From Phoronis australis (lineage: Eukaryota; Animalia; Phoronida): a stretch of 64,000 bases of DNA. Of the stretch, positions 1 through 12,500 are shown piece after piece. Under the pieces are notes generated by a model. It saw nothing but the letters and a program-made list of their open reading frames with translations, was not told the origin of the DNA and searched no databases. The stretch covers positions 435,282-499,281 of the forward strand of contig NMRA01000198.1 of the NCBI GenBank assembly GCA_002633005.1, read 5' to 3'. The position numbers and the translations under genes are program-made. Every line of letters begins with the position of its first letter. Positions within the stretch are counted from its first letter, which is position 1.

Positions 1-2814
1 ACTAATTTATTAAACACTTACCTTAATGGTTTATAAATCTGCATCAGTAATTTCAGAACGTGAATTTTGTTTAGATTTTCCCACACGTTAATTAAGAAAA
101 CAATCTCTTTAGTCAGACGACAAAATTTAATTTATATTTCTATTGCATCATTTGCAAGCAAAATTTATTCACAATTTTAAATTAGATACTAAATTTGGGT
201 AATCAGGGGTTTCTACCCTGCAGTTTCTTACGTAATGTGCAAATGACAATGATTAAAAGCCGTTCAATTTTAAACAAACTGAGGCAGACAAGTGGATTTT
301 TACTTCTAGCCAAATCTGTGGACAAACACAATTACTTAGAAATTTTTACTTAATTAGCAGCATGGACTGTACCATATAGCTATGTTGAAACAAAAACTTA
401 GAAAAACTTTCAGTCAGTATTTGCATGTAATCCAATCAACCTTTCAACAATGCAATGTGCCTGGGCAATTTTGGCAATTACTTTTATGCGAAATCAAAAC
501 CCAAATTACAGTAAACTAGTAAATACATATAATTCATCAAGATAGAAATGAGCAATATTTTTCAAATATCGAATTCTTTTTAAAAGTCTATGCACAGTAC
601 TACACTCACTAAGGAACAGCACACCATAACTCAAAATTGCTATCAGAAAAAGTTCATGTTCTGTTATCTCTTGCAACTGTTATCTGTCACACTAATGCTG
701 CAGCAGATTCAAAGGGGGCGTGATCCATGTTAAGCTAATTTGTGGACCATTGCCAATTTTAAAATATTTTATGGAATGTGGGATTTGTCTTCAGCCAAAT
801 CATAGCCATGGACTGAAATTAGAAAGAAGCTGAAGCTTTGATAACTTACCAGCTTCAGAAGGGATGTAGTGTTAAGAAACTTGTCAGTCACAAAAACAGG
901 AACAGTATCACGTTTAGAAAAATTCCCAACCATGACGGAATCTGAGCGATGTAGGAACATTCCTACATCTCACAGAACAATGCAAGAATTCCAAAATAGC
1001 GCAAAAATGTAGGAGTTATAACACTGTTAATGGAGGTGGTATCAAAATCATTTTAAACACATTTTAGAATTAAACTTGTTTGTACGTTCTCATTTTTAGA
1101 CAGAAATGCTATGTTACACCTTATCATAAATCAACACAAATCTAGATCTAGGGTGACTGTGGGTGCAAAGAGAAAGATGCCTTGAAGGGGAATGTTACGT
1201 ACCTTTTTGAAAGCGTTTTTGGTCCCTATGGGATATTTTGCTTATTCTGAAAGGTGTATTGGACCCCTTTAGTTGTTCTTATAAATACAAGGCTCAAACA
1301 ACAATGGACTATAGACTAGTGATAAAGCACAAGGCAGAACTTAAATGTTTTAAAAAAAATCGGGATTTAACCAAATTTGGGTCTTGATACCCATACTTCA
1401 GGATCAAATACTACCATTTATAGACATACATGTGATTTTTAAACCCGTAAAGGCAAACATTGGATTCGCACTTACATTGTCCTGCTTGAAGTAGGAACAG
1501 ATGTATTACTCTCCATAGTTATGACGTGCAGTTAGTTTTGAATTATATGGAAATTGTACAGCATTGAAACAATGGGACAATACTTGAATTTTCCACAGCA
1601 AAGAAGTGCTCTGTGCCTGCTAGATTGCTCAGCCTCGAGTCCAATTCAGTTGAGTTTTTGAGAGCCAGTGCTTTTTACATCACAACAGAAATGACCTGAA
1701 TCATTATCTGAAATCCATGGATCCAGGAATTTTTTCAGGGGGTCAGACATGGGTCAAACATGGGAGGTGTTGGACATTCTTCTATCACAACAAGGTAAAA
1801 GTGATCAGGAGTCCAGAGACCAGACACCCCGTTTGGATCTGCACCCGGAGATGTGTCTAAAGGTTTTGAAAATGCCTTCATTTCTGTCGCCATGGTCTAA
1901 GAGCTTTCAGAATGTAGGATCTGTAAAGCAGAGTGCTGCACTGATTACAGGAGTCCAAAAATTGAAACATTCCAGCTGGAACATAAGTCAAGGAGAGGCA
2001 AAATGAAAATGAACTGTGGTTTGAAATGCATTTAATGCCATATTTGTTTTAATTTCCAAGCTGCCAATAGCTTAAAAACTGAAAATGCTGCTGACTTTCT
2101 GTTTCTATGGTTTTCAGCTTTGTCACATATAACATGAAACAAGCTTTATACATCTCAATCACTGACTTTTGTTCAAATGAAATGACTAAGTACAAGGTAG
2201 TGAGTTACCTAATGGCCTGCTGGCTTGACTTAAACACCAGTGGCCTGGGTTCTGGCGATACCAGCTGTCGACAGGTGGATTTTTGTACCATATTATGCCA
2301 ATAAAGATAAAGGAAATATAGTTTTAAATTTCACCCAACTTCTTTAATGTGTAACATTCAACGCCATCACAATAAGAAATCGAAAATTGCATATTATATA
2401 TAAACAATATCCTCTTCTTTTATCTGATCTTGCTAACAGTTAATATTCTGCCAAAGGAGAGAATTTGTAACTTGTGCAACGTGAAAGCTCGGTGAGTTCT
2501 CAGAATGTCCCAAACATTTTGGACGTGGAGGGGGTAACTAGTCTATGTAGTGGCTAAGAAGTTTGCAGATACAGCTCTGTAAATCATGGGTATCTTTCAA
2601 ACACAATACTTAAAAGCCTTTTGAAAACGAGATGCAAGCCCAGCGAAAGTAGTTCTTTGTGAACCCTGCTCTTAGACATATAACTGTCTCAGTGGGCTTT
2701 TGTAAGTAAATACAGCTTAAAAAATAAGGTTGATGTACCTGACTGAACATAACAGTTTTATTACCCTCTTTGGCTATTGAACAGCAAAGTATGGAAGGAG
2801 ACCACCTTTTAATG

Positions 2815-2961
2815 AATCAGTCTCTGGGGACAGGTAGGCCATATATCGCTTGTGGAATGGGCATAAAGGTAACAGGTGATAACCCCAATCAGTCTCTGGG
2901 GACAGGTAGGCCATATATCGCTTGTGGAATGGGCATAAAGGTAACAGGTGATAACCCCAAT
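2815..2961. repeat. Perfect 72-bp tandem duplication in GCH1 intron 1
   Basis: aatcagtctctggggacagg...ggtgataacccc starts at both 2815 and 2887. Confidence 0.95.
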
Positions 2962-3511
2962 AAAGTAACTACTCAATCGATTTGCTACTTGACCTGTGAA
3001 TAATAATAGATTGGATATTTCATATACAGTAAACTGCCAAAACAGCACACTAATAGCAATGTTAATTATATGTCAGGTACAAGTAACCAAGACGGTGTTA
3101 ACATGGCTGCAAGTAAACATTTCTGTTAAGGAACAATTTTTAACACGCAGCCAAGTAAATTGCGCACTGGAAATCATATTAAATGTCAACTTATTTGCAC
3201 GAGTAAAGGAACCGAGAACATCAAGATATACAAAGTTATTTACAGGTCCCGGCAATAATGATGGCGAGACAATTAAGTTATCATGAGGATCACTAATGCT
3301 GTAGCCCTACCTACAGCAGGTGCAACTCGAGGACACGGAACTTGTAACACTTTGGCGAAAAATCCAAACACCGTTTATAGGTCTTTACTAAAGCTTGCAC
3401 AGCTTTGAAAGACGGCAATGTTTTCTCTTTTTTCTGATGTACACTTAGTGAGAACTACCATGACCGGCTTGATATGACAGGTGAAAACAAAAGTACAGTA
3501 GCCTACGATAC

Positions 3512-3833
3512 CTTCTAACTTTTCTTCATATCCTTTGGTGAAATATAACAAGGCTTTCGAAGCTCTTTCAGGTGTTTTCAAAAGCCCCTGTCGACTGGGG
3601 TCCTCACCAAGACAGGTTAACAAGTTTTTGTATGACGCTGACATGTCACTAACTTTATCCTGATAGGGGTTTTCTGATTCACTCAGAGACTGACGGAATT
3701 TTGGCAAATCTGCATCACTGAGACTAGTGCGACGATCCATTACTTTCACATGACCAAGTTTCCCTAATTGTAGTTCCATTACTTTGTCTGCAGTTTCAAA
3801 GACGTCTTCGTTGTTCCTCGCACGATCCGTCAT
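3512..3833 (-). CDS. GCH1: GTP cyclohydrolase 1, coding exon 1 (partial gene; remaining exons lie left of the window)
   Basis: ATG at 3833. Translation ends ...YKNLLTCLGEDPSRQGLLKTPERASKALLYFTKGYEEKLE, the hallmark GCH1 segment (LGEDP.RQGLLKTP.RA..A...FTKGY). Phase-1 donor AAG|GTATCG at 3511-3510, same position and phase as vertebrate GCH1 intron 1. No exon-2-like sequence (MCEHH motif) recognised in 1-3511. Confidence 0.95.
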
Positions 3834-4500
3834 GGTGCAGCCCAGCTTAACTCACTGACCGCCCGACAGTGGTAATTGCAATTTATACAAAACAAATATA
3901 ACAATAACGCTAACGGCGGTGGTTCGCGATACAGATCGCGAAACCCGATTGGTTTAGTTCTATTCATTGCGTCTATGATTCTCTCCAGTCTCTTGAGACG
4001 GATTGGAGAGGGGAACTTACCGAGGCACTTTGATGCTGATTATCAGATGATTTATGGCAACTAATGAGGATTCTAGGCCTTACTGCTAAAGTCTTGCACA
4101 AAAACAAAAATTTTCATACACATGTGCGGACGATTACTAGCCAATACAACCAAGAAACAAAGTAACAATTTAAGTAACATTTTACCGTGATTATAGTAAT
4201 TTTTCAATTTTAATCAAAATTTTATATTAATACCTCTAAAATTAATATTTCACATTGAAAAATTCACGATTATTACAGAAATGTTTTAAAAACCTCTTTT
4301 TAGACACAGTTTGCAATTACTATTTTGTATTTATCTGGCGGGAAATCCAAACCCGGAAGTTAACTTGGTCGGGTGGCCTACTTGGTCTGCAACAGGTCGA
4401 TTTCTGTCTGAATTTCCCACTTCAACAGGTTCAACGCCGCGGAGGGACCTTGATCATGAGCTTTCGGTTAATGAGCGATTTCTTTTAGGTGATTTGACTA
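3834..4500. promoter_or_regulatory. Divergent promoter region GCH1 / FANCL
   Basis: Locally CpG-rich. ATTGG (reverse CCAAT) at about 3948 and 4002; paired TCGCGA at about 3924-3941; CCAAT at 4141; E2F-type GCGGGAAA at 4338-4345; ETS CCGGAAGT at 4353-4360. TSS positions are inferred only. Confidence 0.6.
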
Positions 4501-4741
4501 TTTTTTCCCTAATACCAGTGCCTTGTACCCCTGTTGCGTTTTTACCAAGTTCTTTTAGCATAAAACCCTTACAATTTCACCAACTTTTTCTCAATTTGAT
4601 AATGGATCTGTAAAGTGTAGTGATTACTGTGCTGAAATGAACCACCAAATGAGCGCACAATAGTATTTATGTTGTTTGATTTAAGTTCAACTCAAATTGT
4701 TTGCCAAACAATGCATAGGTGGATCAGGGGGGGGGGGGGGN

Positions 4742-4900
4742 ACCTGCGTTTACAAATCCAGGATGGGATAAAATTGAAAGTACGCCATCGACACGAACAC
4801 TGTATATTCTTTCGGAGAGATATGAGGTGATCATGTTTAAAAGATTACCAGTAATGCCATAGGATCGAAGTTTGTGAAGTAGAAGGTCGTGCTTCTCATC
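4742..4900 (-). mobile_element. Non-LTR retrotransposon (CR1/L2-like LINE) reverse-transcriptase fragment next to a poly-G/N gap
   Basis: Minus-strand peptide HDLLLHKLRSYGITGNLLNMITSYLSERIYSVRVDGVLS is a typical LINE RT segment between the DF..AFD and GVPQG motifs. It is truncated and abuts a G-run plus N at 4727-4741. Confidence 0.75.
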
Positions 4901-6516
4901 GTTCGGAATTACATTAGGCATCCACCACAGTGCCAGGACTTTTGTGACTGAGGCCAGTTTGAGGATTAGGGAACTGAGATGGGTGTCGATTGAATGTTCG
5001 TGGCAATATTCTTCCCCAAAAACCATGTTCATAACAAAAAATTCCTGTGGTTTCAACTACAGATGACAATGGTTTCGAATTCGTGAGACTTAAGAAGTCC
5101 ATGTATCAATCTAGTACATTGTTTAAAAATGTTCCCGTTCTTTTGTCCAGCACCAGGACTCACAGGCTAATTATCCATAATGTGGAATTATCGTAAGGAC
5201 TTGACAGGGAGCTCAGGGGTCTCTCGCTCCACTGGCTTATCTACACTAATTTTTGAAAAGGCTTTGCACAGTCACACATTGTGTGTCATAAAAGAGATAA
5301 TGATACCTGCAGCTAATGCGGCAAGTAGAACTACTCTCGTTTATCACATTGGTGTAGACTCACAGTTGAACTGTGGTTTTATGTTGAGACCAGACCGTCT
5401 GGAGTTGCACTATATACCAACTCTGGACGGTCTCTCACGACGATTTTGCGTTATGTACCACGGTTCAAAGAGCTACTAAAACCAAAGAACCAAAACCTAA
5501 CATTTTTGGGTAAAATGATCCCAACTTAACTTAATTTCCGAACCTAAACAGTTTTAGAAAGCAAATTCAATTTTAGTCCAGGATATATCAGTTTATATCA
5601 TCTAGTATTTCAATGCGTGAAGCAATTGCTAATCATTACTTTGTTTTACATGATAGATCATGAATCAGATTCCGTGATAAGCAGGCTTCTTGACGACAGA
5701 AGGACTTGTACAAATCTGGTGATGAAGGACAATGTACTGGGAAACAGGCAGAGTTTCAAATGAGACACTGTGAACTATGAAAACTATGAATATTGAACTT
5801 TTTCATTGTATGAACAGCAAAAATTGGATAACTACCAAAGAAATAACAAATTATGTATGCTGTTCTATTGTTGATATGTCCCAACCTCTATTGTGTAAAT
5901 TGCCTCAGTAACACGATGGCAGTGACTTGACTTGTGTACACCACTGCTTATCAGAGTGGTCTTAATACTCCCAAAGAATGCAGAGAAGTTTGAACGAGTG
6001 GTTGCATCATGGTTTGTAATTGGTCTCATCACAATTATCGTCTTACTTTTAATTCCATTTTGTTGTCCGATGGGTAACCGCAACACATAATCTCACTCTC
6101 CACGTATATTGTGTTAGTGTTTGTTCATAGTCAGCGCGCAGCACTGATGTGTCACCTATCAAGCTTAGCCAAGTCATGCGAATTTACAAATAAGGAGTCC
6201 AGTACAGTCAGAAACTTGACTGTAGTTTCGGTTTGAATGTTTCCGACTGTGCTGGAGCTGCATGGAACGAGAATATATTTTTGATTGATATAAGTGATTA
6301 TAAGCTTCTGTCAGATTATACTTTGCTTGGTATGAATGACTGAGGTGATTTAAAACGTCTGCAAATCCAGCAATCCAGGGTAAAAACTAATATCAGATTT
6401 TAATGTTTGTTGACTTTTAGATGAATTACAAAAATGGTTGACGATTAATCAATGATTTGGATTTACTGTGAGCAAGTGGAATAAATAGTAGTTCTTCGTA
6501 TTTTCAGAATTTGGAC

Positions 6517-6597
6517 ATGGATCTATTCAGTGTATGTCCTCAGTTGGTACCACAGTGTAAGACAAGAGCAGAGTTCAGAGGGTTCATTTCCGTCAAT
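6517..6597 (+). CDS. FANCL: FANCL coding exon 1
   Basis: MDLFSVCPQLVPQCKTRAEFRGFISVN. Acceptor ttttcag ends at 6507 (implies an upstream 5'UTR exon); donor GTAAGT at 6598. Confidence 0.9.
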
Positions 6598-9500
6598 GTA
6601 AGTGCACTTTATTCATTATGTCATCACCATAATTTCCAAAATATTCAAGTTTGATTGAAAAATTGTGCCCTACAGGTCCTATGTTTCTGGAAATGCACGG
6701 TCTTCTTGTAGCGTGCAAGAATTAGCAAAAACAGAAAACAGAAAATGGAGATATAAGCATTTTTTTAACTACAAAAACTGAAGGGTGTCAGGGCAAATCT
6801 CAACAATTTTGACCTATGATGGATGCGTGTGAACCATCTTACTCCTTTCAACGAATAAATGTTGACAAAAAGCCTTTCAATTTGAAATGTCTTGAGGGAT
6901 TCACAATGAAAATAGTTCTGAATTCTTGTGTATTGAAATGTGTAGATGAGTCAATGTGCATCCATGTGTATACTGAATGTGAAGCTTGTTAGTCTTTTGA
7001 GTTTGTTAAATTCTATAGTTAAAAGTCAAATACAGTGGGAAATCATGAGGCCTACTATTGGTGTCTTTAGGATCTTTCAGCTGTGCCCTGCTAAACCCAA
7101 CTGCACATAAGGAAATTTTAAAATCAAAAAAGTCAACAGCAACTAGATGGTCCAATATATGTGACTTTAAAAGCCATGCCAATGACATAATGTTACTAGA
7201 TTAAAATTGTAATTTCATCACAACTGAGTTCACTTTCACTGATCAATCACAAATGATAATGACGCAGTCTGCTGAATAGTGAGTAGGACATTGTGGAGGG
7301 GAATGGAGATACAAGATGTGGACCTTTTGTTGGTTCGTTGGCACTCCCATAGCCAAGTTTTCTCCTGAGGCCAAAAGAGCCAATTTCTGACTGGATCATG
7401 GTGTTGTTCCTAAACCAATTACGCATTGTTAACATCTGAGATGTCAAGTTTCACCAGAAAGCAGTTTGTAAGCAGAAGGCATTGCTAGAATGTATTTCCT
7501 TAAGACAAAGGCAAAAACAACTTTGTCGCATCTGTGAAAGAGCGAATTTAAAATTAATAAAGGGTTGATAGACATAGTCAAACTGGGCGTCTGAGACGCA
7601 TATTACCGGTAACTGAAGTGCTGATGCCAGCCAAGGTTGATCACAACCAATCGTAGTGAGCATAACTCAGGTCACTCGTCTCGGGATAAAACTTGGCACT
7701 GTTTATGTTGTTCGGTGGATAGTAATTACATTAAATGATGGCGATGATGTCTCTCCAATATATCGGGCACCTGTATTTGTACTAAAGGTAACATCAAAAA
7801 TGTTTCCATTTCCCTTTAGAGGGACATACCGGTAGTTGGTTTTATGGGCGAAAAATGGATTTGTGGGAAAATTATTTGGTGGGATAGAAGTTCTTAGCTT
7901 TGACCAGACAGCAAAATCCATTGTTTTTGTGTTTTAGTACAAATCGCCAATTTTCGCCTTTGCTGAAATTAAGGCCACAGCATTATTTTTTGTATAATGT
8001 TTATTACGAAATCTTCGATACAATGAATATACATAACCCAGAACGTGCCAAGAGGCATTATATCTGGGCTAAAAAAGTACAAAGAAATCTATATACAATT
8101 ATTTTACACAAACACATAAATTTTAAAAAAATGTTGTTAAGATTACAATGACATATGTTTACGAAAGTAAATAAATCATTTTCATACACATTTATACAAT
8201 TCTATCCACTCACACAAGGAGATTTAATATTATAAAAAAATTTTGATACTATTTCGAATAAAACCTTATTTTCATTTGGATGACATCCATATAGAAAAAA
8301 ATTAATTTTGTTGTACAGTTGCGGAATTTCAGAATATTTTTTTATAAATATTGGGGTATTGTTCGAATGTCTGGAAAAGCTGTACCCTCTGCTCCTTGCA
8401 TACCTCACAAACAAAGAAAACATGAGCATTTGTCTGTGCGTCTCCACAGCAACACAGCGGCGAAATATTATTAAAATTATGTCTAAATTTCTCGTTGTTT
8501 AGGAATAGACCGCATCTTGATCTGTATAGGATTATTTCGTGGTTGCCACAGCATTATCAGAGAAAAACGTTTGAAATACTCTGCCGTTTATCAAGTGGGT
8601 TTTAATTCCACCAGCATAGCATTAAACAGTAATTGTAGAGTATGAAGGTTACTGTTTTTCGCTCTGTGACATGTTTTCAGAAATTCCTTGGAAAGGTCTG
8701 AACATGCCCATGTGATGTAAAAATTTAAGGCCTATTCCAGCCTGTTCTAATCCCATGTGATCAACTTCAAATTTTCTTTCTGACAGAAAAAGGATTACTA
8801 CTTATCAGTTAGTAAGCCTGAAGAACTCAAGGATGCTTTGATCGAATGTGAATGGTCGCTTCAACATCTTTTGCGAGGATACGAGACATTAATTCAACAG
8901 GTAATTAATTATGACCAATAACGACATGTAACCACTGAAAATGTTCCAATGTTTGTGAATGGCCGCGACTGTCTTCCTTCAGCCATTGCGCCTGCCCTGG
9001 TCTTGAACCCTTTAACCTTTTTCTTAGCAGAGGCCGATCTCGACCACTCTGTCGATGATTCTGTGTTAATAATTCTTACTTATGGTAATTCTGCACGTAT
9101 CAGCACATTATGTGTCAGACTAGTGGCGGGAATATCTGTTTGTCAAATATCCCAGCAAAATAAACATTAACATTATTTTACTTGATTGTTGGCAGGGTTT
9201 GTATAGTAATGCTTCTCTTATTTTACACAAAATGTATCAATGTATTAACCCAATAGTTAGGGTGTGCAAAATTATCTGTATATGAAAAGTTTGTAGTGTT
9301 GAATTAACTACAGAATAACTTAGCAACGCCAACTGCCTGTGTGCGAATTTAAAGAAATGTAACGTATTGGTTGCCGACATAGTCCGATTAACAGTAATTA
9401 AGTTACCTGTTCCAATACAAAAGTTCTTCACCTCGTCAGTGTTGTTATGCTCTATTGACACTCATCAAGGTCACCCTGTTGACCTCATGTTTCCACCATC

Positions 9501-12500
9501 CTTCATCGTACCATGTGTGAATTAATAGGAAGGTAAAATATTGATGTTGGCAAATAATTTTGTGTGCAAATTAGATGAGGCAAGAAATAACCACCAAGTA
9601 GCCTTGTGCGAAATATGTGAGGGAAAAATGTAAATAAAATGAACATTTTTCCATATAAATTTAAGTGTTTGAAATTAAGTGCGTGTGTGAAATAAGTGAA
9701 GAATTACCGTACTCTAATGTCAATTTATAACAGCCTTTGACACATTTTTGAGATTGTCTTTGAAATTTAGAGAGTCAAAACATTTCAATATTATTATTTT
9801 TGTGTGAGTATGAAATAATTGAAGAATCCTTATTCAAGGTTGCACTTGGCCATCAACTATTTTCAAATGAAACTTGAGCCTAATGGTGACAAATCCTTGA
9901 TGTGGTGATTTCAGTTATCAACCACTCTGAATCACATGAAGATCAGTGAAACTGAATGTTTTTTTTTTTCGTGTTTCTGTTTCATGTGTTAGGAAGATAT
10001 TACCAGATTATCTTGAAATCTGTTAGTATACCATTTCCATTTTCTCTAATTTATAATTGATGCAAATTTACATCAATCAACAAAAAGGTCAAAATACTAG
10101 ATATCAGTGATGCAGTGTGATTTATGATAGGAGTAACATTTAAATAATGCCCTCTGAAACAATGTTCTGCTTATCACATGTCGAGGAGAGTCTTGCCCAA
10201 CACTTCCTAGGATGTTTGAAAAAGTTCATTTGGGGACTACTGAATGGGGTTTGGTTTTACACTTTTTGAAACTTGCAGTTAGCAAAACCTATCATCTGGG
10301 CATCAGTCAGAAAGAGTGACATATTATAAACGTCGAACATGGTTTACATTTTATAATTGATTTCTATTCAAATTTGTGAAACAGTCCATATATGAAATTT
10401 TGAAAAAATGCATTTCTTAGAAAACTGCATGATGTAATCCTGTGTGGCATATTTGGTTTAGTATTCATCTACTTCAACTACTGTGAAACAACTGTGTTTA
10501 TTTAGCACTTTATTAAAATCATGCACTGACAAGAATAGACTGGAGAGTGCTCAGTCTATCATGCGGTTTGCAAGTAGCACTTTTTCAACATTTCTAATAT
10601 TAACCTTAGTTGATTCAAAATCATTGACTCGTAGGCGTGATCATCGTTTATTCTGGAATCTTTTGCAAGGCACCACTCCACTGTCTGTGAAGTGCCGTGA
10701 TTGCTTTGGAAATGGACGGACATAAACAATGCATACTTGCAATGAACATCGCTGGTCGATATATTGATCAAAGAGAATAGGAGTAATTAATGGAAATGAA
10801 ACATCGTGGGAATGTTTACTGTTCAAACAATACTGATTAACCGTAATGCCACACGTCAATTAGTTATCCTAACAATTGTGAATAAGAAGATACTGATGTC
10901 ATGTAGTCTTAAAATATCATCGCCTTTCTATGTAGCTCAAATGAATTGTGTGAGCTTTGACAAGACGGCTTGAGTATACATTTATGTTCATAGCCCATGT
11001 GACTTGTGTTCAACACAATCAATCCTCAATTCACTTCATGACTAGAAAATTAGCTCTGACTGTGGGCGTTTTATGATTGTTTGGTTTATTTGATTGTTAC
11101 TGGTGTTTTCTTAATTGTTGTAAAAGATTTTCAACCAAAACTTGATTATTTTTTTCAATTTGCTTGATATTGTGTTCTTATAAAGAGTATGTTGAGATAG
11201 AGGTTTCACTCAGGCTGATTCTGGAAACTCAAGTTCTTGTGCCTTTTCCATATTCTCTAGGAACAAACCGAAATGTAGGCTCATTTAATTTCAAAAACAC
11301 AGTTTTCATTTTCTCATACAAAAACTAACTAAGGTCAGAATAAAACTCCGGTTAATTTTAAGTGCTTGTTAGGCTTAAAAGGCATAGTTGGTTCTGTTTT
11401 AAATATCACGCGTGGTTGGGTTATGGTAGTGTGCAGTGCCCAGTTAGTCCCAAATTGGACCCAGCTATGTTGCTAAACTTTTCACCGCAATTTTGGATTT
11501 GTGAAAACACTGATAGTCCTTTCTTGTGCTGTTTTATTTTCAGTGTTTAGTCAATTCTTGGTTTTAGTACACACCTAGGGTAAATTCAGTATGACTGAAA
11601 ATAAGAAGGGATTTTTTTCATGCAACACCCATTGTTTAAAGATTAAATCCCTACTATCGAAATAAGGGCTCAGTTTTTAAATATATTACCAGAAAATGTC
11701 ATTGGTCAAATAATTACAATGCCTTTGTGAGCTCAGCTTCATGACTTGTACATGTAATGTTTGTTGTGAGCTAATAAATGTATTAAAAATTATTTCTACG
11801 TCCTTAAAGTCTAATGACCCATTTTATGAAAGGTCCTAAGTTGCTCAGATGAACGTAGACATATTACTACAAATGCGAAACTGTTTTTTTAGGGACGTAG
11901 ATATAAGTTATGTAAATCAGTTATGCAAGTTACGGTGTAATAACTTGAATAAACAAAATATTTCCAATACTGATAACTGATATTGCAGTTGACTTAAAGG
12001 ATTGTTGTGTTTACTTTTGGCTGATTTCTTATTTTATCTTATCCCCTGTGACAAGTTCTTTGGTATTAAGACATTGTGTGAATGTTAAATAATCAGCATA
12101 TTTGTATTACAGACTTTGTTTTTGTTGCCACAAGTAAATGTGTATTTGAAAGAAAATTACTCTGGAAGAAACTAGGTAAACACAATCACCATTGATACAT
12201 GAAAACTTTAGAGGCATACAGTGCCAAAGCTCCGAAGGCCGTCAAAAATATCGTTTAAACAATTCCTGATGAACGTCTACTTAGAGTAATTCACTTTCCT
12301 CTTTGAGGGAATTTCCAGAAAAAATTACAAAATTTGCAATTTTTGAAATTTGCGTGAAGGGAAAACTCTGTAGTCACCACAGAGTTTCTAATCTCCCTCA
12401 CACATATAATAAATGCGTGCATGCGCTCACAGTCATTCTACAGACAGCTGACTCACAAGGTGGATATGTTTGATCCCATACCAAATCTGATGTCGACATC

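Noticed and set aside
769-960. Minus-strand ORF with a GTAAGT donor at 849 as an alternative GCH1 first exon
   Set aside because: The donor is phase 0 in that ORF whereas GCH1 intron 1 is phase 1; the phase-1 frame has a nearby stop and there is no GCH1 similarity.
3500-3512. GCH1 donor GTATCG as a U12-type intron
   Set aside because: Does not match the U12 consensus GTATCCTT beyond GTATC.
4727-4741. Poly-G tract as a G-quadruplex regulatory element
   Set aside because: It ends in N at an assembly gap, so its length and context are unreliable.
7247-7663. Possible degenerate LINE RT (NWFRNNTM...) on the minus strand
   Set aside because: Resemblance too weak and frameshifted to call without a profile search.
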